NCBI RefSeq assembly: GCF_009914755.1
Contig: NC_060936.1
DNA from: the human T2T-CHM13v2.0 reference genome, Homo sapiens
Length of the DNA: 64,000 nucleotides
Reading direction: 5' to 3' (one strand)
Positions 41,142 through 64,000 of this stretch are shown here, piece by piece; position 1 is the first letter of the stretch; every line of letters starts with the position of its first letter. The translations under genes and the position numbers were made by a program. The notes under the pieces are model-generated. The model searched no databases and was not told where the DNA came from. It saw nothing but the letters and a program-made list of their open reading frames with translations.

Positions 41142-41282
41142 CTGTTAACACAGAAGTCAAAATGCATAGAATTTCATATTATCATTTGAAGTTTGAATAA
41201 CACTCAAGTATGCATTTCAGAATATAATGGAAAGGTGAATTGATGATGAGGATGTGAAAATTTGCTTTAAAAATCATTAGGC

Positions 41283-41595
41283 ATTAACTTGGATGGAGTT
41301 AGAAGCCATTATTCTAAGGAAAGTAACTCAGGAATGGAAAACCAAACCTCATTATATTCTCATTTGTAAGTGGGAGCTAAGCTATGAGGATGCAAAGACC
41401 TAAGAATGATATAATATACTTTGGGGACTCAGGGGGAAGAGAGGGGATAAGGGATAAAAGACTATATATTGGGTACAGTGTACACTGCTTGGATGATGGG
41501 TGTACTAAAATCTCAGAAATCACCACTAAAGAACTCATCCATGTAACCAAAAACCACCTGTTCCCCCAAAACTATTGAAATAAAATAAAATAAAA
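41283..41595 (+). mobile_element. 5'-truncated L1 3' end (L1PB/L1MA-like)
   Basis: ORF2 end plus 3' UTR (gggtacagtgtacactgcttggatgatgggtgtactaaaatctcagaaatcaccact), A-rich tail, degenerate TSD aaaaatcat(t)aggc. Confidence 0.85.
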
Positions 41596-42013
41596 ATACT
41601 GAATTAAAAAAATCATAGGCTCATTCAGTTTTGCACTGGCTTTATCTCGTTTATCTATATTAACTATATTCTTATTTGTTAGGCAATTTCAAATGTGACT
41701 CCCTCCAATATCATTATCCTAAGAGAATATCAACCATTTGCCTATTGCAATTATAATCTTAAATACATTCAGCTACCACATCTAAACAGAGAGAGGAAAC
41801 ATAGGAAGTAGAATTATCCTGGCTTTTATTTAGGTTCTGACTATATTATTCTTTTGTGGCTGATTGTGTTTAATGTTATGATAGAGAGAAAAATGCTACT
41901 CCTAGAATATATTTTGCATATTCCAAAGAGATTATATAATATGATTGACTACTTAATATTCTTCTCCTGGAATAAAATGCAAGCTGACTGGAGTTAGGGA
42001 AGCTGTCCCTTAA

Positions 42014-42183
42014 TGGGTGTCCAACCTCTTGACTTCCCTGGGCCACACTGGACCACACATAAAGTACACTAACACTAATGATAGCTGATGAACTGAAACA
42101 AAAAGTCTGTGCATAATTTTTGTGATATCCGCCACCACAGATAAACCAAAAAGTCTTCACATTCAAAGGGCTGGACACCCATG
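42014..42183 (+). mobile_element. MER30-like DNA transposon
   Basis: TIRs atgggtgtcca / tggacacccat. Internal cacataaagtacactaacactaatgatagctgatg. Confidence 0.75.
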
Positions 42184-42353
42184 CATGATGATGGAGCTCC
42201 AGTATTCTGTATGACTTATGATTCTATTACGCCCTCCCATTGATGAAATTGATATGGCTGGGGATTAAGTAATGGAATAATTTGGGGTCGGAAAGAAAGT
42301 AAAGCTAAGGATCACTGAGCTACTCAGGAACACTAGGGAACGTAGGGAAGTTC

Positions 42354-46830
<4,477 letters not shown>

Positions 46831-47171
46831 ATATATAGCATTCTCATACTCATTTATATATTCGTTTCCTCTCTAGACTGTGTCCCTTCAAGACAATGGC
46901 TATATCTTATCAACCTTACATTTCTGGAGCCCAGCATGGATAGGATTTGCACTCACTGATTTAACAATTAGATATACTTTTTCCCCTTTCCTGCCCCCTC
47001 CTGCCCTCATGCACTGCATTTCATAGGCATTGAGTGGTCATAACAGCAGCTAGTGCTTACTGAGGAGCACTTACTGTATACCAGGCCGTTTTAAGCATTT
47101 TACATTAATTTACTCATTTAATATTCTCATAGGTAGAAATCTGGGAAGATTATAGAGATAAAAGAGTGAGC

Positions 47172-49309
<2,138 letters not shown>

Positions 49310-51191
49310 ATTGTAGTAACCTAAGTGAATAGCCTATGGCCTTTGATAATTCCACAAAGCAGAAGAGTACAGTAACTACTGTGCTATAAAACCTAATGGA
49401 ACTCCAAATGGCATATACTGTTCCTCAACACAATGCTTTTCTCTTTAACCCTTCAGCCTAGAAGAGCAGACATAGGTCTATTGTTTGATGACCTTTCTTT
49501 GGCTGCTTTCCAATACTTCTTTTTCATATGCTTAGAGCTCAAACAATATTTGTTGATCAGGCTTCAGCCCAGATGTGTTTTCTTAAAAGAAATCTGGAAG
49601 GGAAGAAAAGCTTGTTTAGTTATGCTAGGTTATTAGGACATTAAAAAAAAAAAGAGCATTGTTTACAGTTCTGTGGTACTAGTTAAGGCCAGTTTTGTTA
49701 TTTAGGAAGTGAAATTTTACATCTGGTATAAGAAGTGGTAGAAATTAAGGGTGTTTTGTTGGTAAAGTATATTATACTCCTAGTTGAAAGCTGTTTTTAT
49801 GGAAACTTATGGGAGGTATATAGGTAGGTAGATTGTTTTCAGTGCTTAGAACACTTGTTGAAAAAGGTGCTCAGAAGCACCATTCTATACCCAATGCAGG
49901 GAACTCAATAAAGTCTTCCTCAATCTGGCGTTCATCCAGATGAATTTCAGAGACTCTCTGGGGACATCACAGACCTAACAGCTGCTGTGGACATGAGAGT
50001 CTGCAGTCATTCTGGTGCCAGCACTTTATGTGCTTGGCTGGAATGCTGCCAACTCTCTAATAACATGCATGATGGGCTTAGTGAATGTCCTATAGTCCTA
50101 AAAACTGGATTATTACAGATTTGGTTTAGCAAACTTGGAGAATTATAAAAAGTCATTGTGTGCTTAGAAAAATAGAAGAACACCTTTAAAAGTGGCTATT
50201 AAAGTTAAAATCATAAAATTCCAGACTACATAGCATTAAGGCAAAAAAAATTCATAGTAAAGACTTGTTTTCTTTTTCAAATGCTGAAAAGATAAATATG
50301 ATAACTTCATGTTGCCTTCTCTTTCGCACCTTCTTTCCTGTTGTGATTGAACATGAAGCCATTAGGAAAATTATCACGAGATTATGTTAAGTGAAAAAAC
50401 CATGATACAGATGGGCAAATAACCTTGTTTCTCAGATTTAGGTTCTTGATTCTTGAAGGGTCCATATGTTCTCTATGAGAAGGTTTTAAAACTGTGATTT
50501 CTTTCTGATCTAAAATGTGGATTGATGGGTGGATAGAATTTAGGTGGCGGGTATGTGAATGCACAACTTCTAAAACTTTTCTGGATGTCTGAAATTTTTC
50601 ATAATAAAATGTTGTTGGGAAAATTATCACAGACATTCTCAATCAACACAACTTTGTGAATTCATACTTCAGCACATCCTCAGCTCCAAGCACATAGCAA
50701 TATTAGATAAAGGACGGAAAAAAAGACATAGCCTGCATCAAAAACTAGATATTTATCTCTGTGGACTAGAAATGAATGTTTTCAATTTGTTGATACTTCT
50801 TGAATTTAAAAAAAATGTAAAGAAAGAAAAGAAATGAATGAATGTGCATTCGGGGGATAGGGCTTTGGGGTCTGCTTTCAGAATCAGGCAGCAGTGGTCA
50901 GGAGTTCAGATACAAAGGAGTTAATAGGACAAAAAAGAGATCACAGTCAGACTCACTTTTTAAAGACAGATTGGGTAAGGCTCTCCTTGCTAATGAAAGG
51001 AGCCTGGGAAAAAACAATAAACCAACCACGTACACAAAACTCCAAACTATTATTCATGGCCACTTGATGACATTCTTAAAAAGGGCTCTGCATTTCATCC
51101 AGCATCTAGTCCTGCAAATTATGTAGCTAGTCCTTAAGTGACCTAGAAATGAATCCAAGTTGCCCTCCTGGTTTTCAAAGAATAGATATAA

Positions 51192-51416
<225 letters not shown>

Positions 51417-51419
51417 TAA

Positions 51420-54510
<3,091 letters not shown>

Positions 54511-54519
54511 CAGATAATG

Positions 54520-55400
54520 GCCTCAGCTGCTCATTCCCATGACCATATCTTAGACATCGCCATTATCGATAACTGCTACTCTTCCAGTCTCAATTTCAAG
54601 CATCTCATTCTTTGACTTCTACATCCCATCCTAGCTTGTTTCCAACTCCAACAATCCTTTGAAACCCTGTAATCCTTGACCCTACCTCATTTCACCCTCA
54701 CATCCCTATTTACCCAGTTTAAATTCTATGAACAATTATTGCCCTCTCTTGCTTCATTCTTGCTTGGAAAAACCTCAACCCAGCTTAAAGTCATCTCTTT
54801 GTGTATGCCTACATCCACAGTGCTGAATGTGACTAGGGAAAACACACAACCATGCTGATGGGTGTTACTCTAAATGCCACACCTTTGCTTGAAATGCTCC
54901 AATGGCTTCCATCTTACTCCAGGTGAAAGCCAAGGTCCTCATAGTGGCCTCTGCAGCCTCGTTATATTTCCTCTTCCACTTGTCTTCCCAGCTTACTCTG
55001 TTCCAGCCACACTGGCCTTCTTGCTGTTTCCTGAATTCCTCCTCAGGGCTTTAAAGACTTGCTGTATCTTCTGCCTAAACTCTCTTTTCTCTGCCACCTG
55101 TATAGCTAGCCTTCTTACCTCCTTCAGAATTTTTTTCCCCTCAAATGTCACCTTTCAAAGGGCTTACCCTGATCACCTTATTTAAAAGTATGTCCCTCTA
55201 AAACATATCTTATTCCCTGTCCCTGCATTATTTTTCTATTACACTAAACATTCATCATACTAAATACTTTATTTGTTTATTAGCTGTTTTCCTTCACTAG
55301 AATGTAGGAGACACAGAAGCAGAGATTTAATGTTTTGTTCACTTTATTTACAGCGCTGCCACATGACAGAGGTACTTAATAAATATCTGTTGGATGAATG
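54520..55400 (+). mobile_element. L2 fragment
   Basis: Contains ccagccacactggccttcttgctgtttcctgaa, ctcaaatgtcacctt and the L2 3' end aataaatatctgttggatgaatgaat. Confidence 0.7.
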
Positions 55401-55851
55401 AATAAATTTATAAAGAACTACTACAAATTCGTAAGAAAATTATGGATAGGAAATTCACAGAAAAGGAAACCTGAATGGCCAAGAATAAAGACAGGTACTT
55501 CTATAACCATTTAAAGTGTAAGCATTTAAAACTGTGAAAACCATTCTTAGGGCAGGTAGCCCGCAAGCTATAGAAAAACAGGTGGCCGACTTGGCCTGAG
55601 GGCTGTGGTTTGCCAGCCCCTGGCCTGGTGAAACACCTTCTCAAGTGCACAAAGTCACATACAAGAGAACATTTATGGCAGTGTTATTTATAATGGTGGA
55701 AAATTAGAAATTGGAGATATCCTAAATGGCAAACAAACGAGAGAATAAAAATGGTATATTCACATAACCGCTTTTATATGAATTTTTTTGAGATGGATAA
55801 ACCTCAAAAAACTACATAATCAGGTAAAAAATGTTTTGCTTATTTACATTT

Positions 55852-56007
55852 CAGAGATGGGCTCTTTCTATGTTGTCCCAGAGTTCAGTGGCTATTTACA
55901 GGTGCTATTATGGTGCACTACAGTCTCAGACCTCTGGGCTCAAGTGATCCTCCTGCTTAAGCCTCCTGAGTAGCTGGTACTACAGGTGCACGCCACCAAG
56001 CCTGGCT
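55852..56007 (-). mobile_element. FAM / 7SL-derived Alu monomer
   Basis: Contains the 7SL-type cagtggctatttacaggtg segment that dimeric Alus lack. Confidence 0.7.
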
Positions 56008-56055
56008 ACCAAAAACATTTTAAAAGAGTATATAACGGCCGGGCGCGGTGGCTCA

Positions 56056-56371
<316 letters not shown>

Positions 56372-57841
56372 TCAATATATATATAGGTAATAAAAACATG
56401 GAAGTGGATGATCAACACCAAGTTCACCATTGTGGTTATTCTGTGGACAAAGGGAGGCAACTGGGCTTGGGGCTGGTACATCGGGGACTTCAAAAGCATC
56501 TGTAACATTTTATAACCTAAATGAGAATATGAAACAATTACGGCAAAGTGTGAGATTTGCTAACCCTTTGAAGGTGTGTATGGGTGCTCATTGCATAACA
56601 TTTTTACTACTTGTAATGTTTCATAATAAAATATATTTAACTTGCTGTGAGTTTAATTTGGAGCATTTGGTGAGCACTTTATAGCCAAGTGTTGACGCAA
56701 TATTTCATGCCCACATTTGAGTTTGTGTTAAGGAGCAAGTTAGTGCTAAGTATAATCACTTGCTTTTCTACAAGAAGAGAATAGAGGCAAGATGAACACA
56801 GAAGCTGAGGATTCATACCACTATCATGGCATGCCCTTCGAAAGAAGAAACAGAACAATGTCATAGGGAAATTGGGTCAGAGGAAAGAGGAGCCCATATT
56901 GAGTAAACTCAAAGAGCTATATTTATGTAGTGAGCAGTGTTTTGGCTTTGGTACAAATCATTTTTCATATTCAGTTAATGTCATTAATTTGATTTTTTTG
57001 GCTTCATTATTTGGCTTATATTTAGTTTGTAGAATTACTTTTGCTTTCTAGTTGTAAAAAAGCTATAAACATAAGGAGTTCACATCTAGCTTTTGCTTTG
57101 TACCTATTAAGTTAAGCTAGGTTTATAAGAATATTTTTCCTTTCAATGGATCTGTAAATTTCCAAACCTAATATATTCAGTAGGCTTTTTTTTTTTTTTT
57201 TTTTTTTTTTTTTTGAGACAAGGTCTTGCTCTGTTACCCAGGCTGGAATGCAGTGGCACGATCACAGCTCACTGTAGCCTTGACCGCTCAAGTGATCCTC
57301 CCACCTTAGCCTCTCAAGTAGCTGGGACTACAGGCGTGCACCACCACACTGGGCTAACTTTTTATTTTTGTAGAGATAACTCTTGCTATGTTTCCCAGGC
57401 TGGTCTTGAACTCTTAGCCTTAAGCAATCCTTCTGCCTTGGTCTCCCAAAATGCTGGGATTATACTCACCCCACTCAGTAGGCTCTTAACTGTGTTTTAG
57501 AGTGAGAAAAACATACCAAAGTATTAACAGTGGAATAATGAGATTTTGGGTGACCTCTTTTTTTTTTTTTTTTTACTATGATGTTTTGCATTTTCCAAAT
57601 TTTCTATACCAACTACATATATTACTCTAATCATCAGAAAACAAACAAAAATGTGTTAAAATACCCCTTAGCTATATTTTACAGTTTCATACTTACAGGA
57701 GTCACTACTTTATTATACCATGAAACCCCAGAACTAAAGAGTTCCCCTCATAGGATCCAAAAGCTGGACCCTGGTTTGTCACGTATCACTGTTACATAAG
57801 ACCAGACCTGAAAATATGATGCCTGGTTACATCCATCTCAC

Positions 57842-57957
57842 CTGAGTGTAGAAGTGCAGAAAACCCCTGCGCATCCTCCCACTCCCAGGCTGGTTCGCTC
57901 TTATTGTGCACGGGACGGAAGTCAGGAACTTCATGATACCAGTCTATGTCTGTGTGG
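57842..57957 (-). CDS. NTN4: Netrin-4 coding exon (probably exon 7), 116 nt
   Basis: Acceptor ttttgttag|C and donor TCAG|gtgaga. Translates SHTDIDWYHEVPDFRPVHNKSEPAWEWEDAQGFSALLHS. Phase matches the previous exon (AG+C = Ser). Confidence 0.96.
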
Positions 57958-58213
57958 CTAACAAAATAGAACATGATAAAGAACGTATTCAGGAATTTTT
58001 TAGAACTTGTATAGAAATGAATCTATAGAGATTTAAACCTTATCTTCTGCCTTCCCATTCTTCCTTTTTCCAGAAATAGTGTTTTAAGGAACTATTGTGA
58101 AGACAATAATTATTTTGCAAAATGAATTAGATGATCTCTAGAATCTTGCAAGAACAAATTACTTGAGTTTGTAATTAGACAAAAATTATTGGTTTTGTTT
58201 TGTTTTGTTTTAA

Positions 58214-58318
<105 letters not shown>

Positions 58319-58632
58319 TGAGTAGCCGGGATTACTGGCGCCTACCACTATGCCCAGCTAATTTTTTTGTATTTTTAGTAGAGATGGGGTTTCATCATGT
58401 TGGCCAGGCTGGTCTCGAACTCCTGACCTCAGGTGATCCACCCGCCTCAGCCTCCCAAAGTGTTGGAATTACAGGCGTGAGCCACCACGCCCAGCCTGAC
58501 AAAAATTCTTTAAAAGAGATGTGCAAATACATCTTTGCTCCATTAACAGAATGCAAGATTTTCCAAATCACTATAGGTTTTCAAAAGAGCCTGAAATACA
58601 TGCAGCTGAGAGCAAGAGCCTTGCACATTCAC

Positions 58633-58846
58633 CTGCTGATGCAGTCTCCGGTGATAGGGTCACAGCTCCCCGCACAGTCACATGGTCGACAGCCATAGTC
58701 TCCGAAGCCCCAGTATCCCACCATGCACCTGTCACAACGTCGCCCTGCCACCCCAGGCTTGCAAGGGCAGTCACCATTGCTGGGGTCGCAGAAGGTCACT
58801 GAGTTGGCAGGAAGGACAGCTGATCCTACTGGATGGCAGGAACACG
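58633..58846 (-). CDS. NTN4: Netrin-4 coding exon (probably exon 6), 214 nt, laminin-type EGF (LE) repeat
   Basis: Minus-strand acceptor ctctctgttgtag|CG and donor AGCAG|gtgaat. Translates CSCHPVGSAVLPANSVTFCDPSNGDCPCKPGVAGRRCDRCMVGYWGFGDYGCRPCDCAGSCDPITGDCIS, an LE cysteine pattern that matches netrin-4. Confidence 0.97.
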
Positions 58847-60027
58847 CTACAACAGAGAGGACACGCAAGGATCAAAGACTGACTGTAGATCACCCGTGTG
58901 AACATTAGGCTTGACCATCCCCAAGTGGCTTCCCTTCACCACACAGCATATTTCTGAGACTCCTTCTTTAGCCAGTGAGTGTATGCTCAGAGAATGAAAG
59001 CTAATTAAATGACAGATAAGCGAGATATAATCAGAAAAGCATGTCTGCTGCAAAAATAAACACATAATTTATCCTAATATGGAAGGCATGAAATATGAAT
59101 GCCCTTTGGTTGGGGTGATGAGGACGAACCAGCAAAGAAGACAGGGTGGAAGGATTCAGTGAGAAAGGAAAAGACGTCATGAGAGTATAGTGTTCTGGAA
59201 GCCAAAGAAGGTTTCAAGGAGTAGGGCAGCATCAGCTGTGGCAGATGTTGAAAGGTCAAAGAAGATGGGGCATGTGATGGAGTATTGCATTTGAACAGCA
59301 CAAAAGCTGATGGTGTTCTTCACAGGAAGAGTTTCAGTGTAATACATAGTGAGAGGGAAACCCAGTGGAAGAGGATTCAGGGGAGTATGGGAGTAGAGGA
59401 ATTTGAGCATGTGAACAGATAGCTCTTTTGAGGAGCTTTGCTTTTTTTTTTGAGAGAGGGTCTCACTCTATCACCAAGACCAGAGTGCAGTGGTACCACC
59501 ATGGCTCACTGCAGCCTCAACTTCTTGAGCTCAAGCGATCCTCCTGCCTTAGTCTCCCAAGTAGGTGGGACTACAAGCCGGCACCATCATACCTGGCTAC
59601 TTAAAAAAAATTTTTTTTTTTTTTGTAGAGGCAAGGTCTTGCTATGTTGCCCAGGCTGGTCTCAAACTCCTGGCCTCAAGCAATCCTCTCACCTTGGCCT
59701 CCTAAGTGCTGGGGCTACAGGCGTGAGACACTGCGCCTGGCCGTAAGTCTTTAATACTAGTCAAAAGTCCTTCTCCTCAGCCCTCTCCCTACTCCTGGAA
59801 TTACTTATTGCTCACAGTCTGACAACCTGCAGCAGTTTCTTTGTTCTTGGGATGGCAAAAGTAGTTGAACAAAGTGTATATCTATGTGTTTGTATACATA
59901 CATATATACACTTTTCATATATATGTATGTGTGAAATGTGCTTTCTGGGCTTATCACAAATTCGTGAGCCCTAACTTCAGTTGGATCTCCAAACCAATGC
60001 TCACCAACTCTATTTTTGCTTTTTTGA

Positions 60028-60300
<273 letters not shown>

Positions 60301-61043
60301 TAGCCCATCAACTCTATTTATTCAATTTTTCCTGGATTAAAAAATAATAATATTTCTCACAGTGGCTGCCTCAGAAATTCCCTAGGCTTCTCAATCAACC
60401 TACCCACTTAGTCTGATTCTAATTCACTGGGAGGGTCCTCTGGATAATCTTTTCTCCATTTCAAAATCTTTTTCATCTTCCCACTGCTTTCTCTGAGAAT
60501 CAAGTGAGAAACGCTGGGAGAAACCTTGGTTGACGGCTCTGCCTCCCAGAGCCTCTGTGACCTCAGGTGAGAAATATAACTTTCCTGAATCCTGGTTTCC
60601 TTATTGTGGTATCTACATCTCATGGAGAGTTCATGCAGTTGACATGATTTTAAATGAAACTACTTCAGCAAGGTGCATAGCACAGTGTCACACACTGAAG
60701 AAGCCAGTTCTTCATGCTGCACCTTCTCAACTAATATTCTCAATCCTGTTCTCTGCTTTTTCCCCTTGGAAACTTCTTTTATTGATTATTTTTCCTTTAA
60801 AATATCAGTTTGGCTTCAAATCTCCACTACTGACTAACTGTGTGACTTTGAGCAAGATACCTAGGCTCTCATCTCAGTTCCCTTATCTGTAAAGACAATA
60901 AAAATAGGAACTATCCTTATGCAGTGGTAAGGATAAAAAGAGATTATGTGTGCAAAGCAGTTAGTGTGATGTCTGGTACATGATTAATAGTAAATTAAAT
61001 TAACTAATTAATCCAATAGATAATTCTTTTTTTTTTTCTTTAG

Positions 61044-61328
<285 letters not shown>

Positions 61329-61569
61329 TAATTCTTATAGAGATATAGGACCTATGTTTATCTGAGAAATGGTGCCAGCCCTCAGGGAACTTATAGTCTT
61401 GTGGGGGAAACAGAGAAGTAAATAAAAGATTTCCATACATGTGATGTGCTGTAACAGAGGTATACATAAAGCACTGTGGGAACACAGAGGAAAGGTGAAG
61501 GCAATACAAGCTGAGGGAATCAGGTGGGATCAACAAAGGAGGGATCATTTAGCGATCTGAGCCAGTTCA

Positions 61570-62000
<431 letters not shown>

Positions 62001-62594
62001 TCATAAATAAATTGTGGTAAGAAACACACACTATACAGTTGACCGTCTTAGCTATTTTTGGGTGTACCGTTCATCCCTTCTGCATTTTACGTTTCTGCAT
62101 TGTGTGGGAGCTCTTACTGCTTCCTGGAAATGCTACTCTCTCTGATGCCTCAGTGCTCCTGGCCCTTGGCCATGCCTGTGTGGCCTTTCCCCACCTTGTC
62201 CATCTAGATTCTGACAGGATTTCTTGTCCCACTCCCTCCAGAGAGTTAGCCACTCTCTCCTCTAAGCTGCCTCTTTGCATATATTTCTATTTTGTCCCTA
62301 TCACAGTGCATCATTATTATTATTATTTTTTCCATTGGAAAAGGATTTTATTTCACCATAAAAATGCAAACTGGAATAAACATCATCTTTCCTAATGCAA
62401 ATGTTACAGCTATTTTTAAGTATTTCTGAGTTTCACTTTGAAAAGCAAATGACTATAAAATTAACAAGTTTGCAGCCTTAAATCTGTTTGAGACATTCCA
62501 TGTAAAAATAATTTGGTGAAAAAAATTTTTTTTTTTTGTTTTTTTGTTTTTTTGTTTTTTGTGATGGAGTCTTGCTTTACTGTCCAGGGTGTAG

Positions 62595-64000
<1,406 letters not shown>

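Noticed and set aside
58521-58908. Overlapping ORFs on both strands around the LE-domain exon
   Set aside because: They are alternative-frame and antisense shadows of a GC-rich NTN4 exon.

Overview
Primate (most likely human) genomic DNA that is dense in Alu, L1, L2, MIR and LTR repeats. The minus strand carries the last five coding exons and the 3' UTR of netrin-4 (NTN4): 58846-58633, 57957-57842, 45310-45242, 41141-40971 and 34385-34249. They splice in frame through GT-AG introns and encode laminin-EGF repeats plus the C-terminal NTR/C345C domain. Poly(A) signals lie at about 32.99 and 32.88 kb. A full-length PGAM1 processed pseudogene (probably PGAM1P5) sits antisense in one intron, inserted into the central linker of an AluJ. 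The about 33 kb downstream of NTN4 has no protein-coding gene I can support. Its most unusual features are: (1) an undecayed CpG pentanucleotide array (CGTAA)11(CGTAG)14; (2) a phase-perfect 133-unit GGGATGWT minisatellite 2.3 kb past the poly(A) site; (3) an internally deleted ERV1 provirus with nested insertions; (4) a GATA/AP-1-rich enhancer-like block; (5) strong + strand orphan exons that suggest a spliced antisense transcript. I found no convincing wholly new protein-coding system. The findings are regulatory or structural hypotheses. Gene names, exon numbers and repeat subfamilies come from recognition, not from database searches, and repeat boundaries are approximate.
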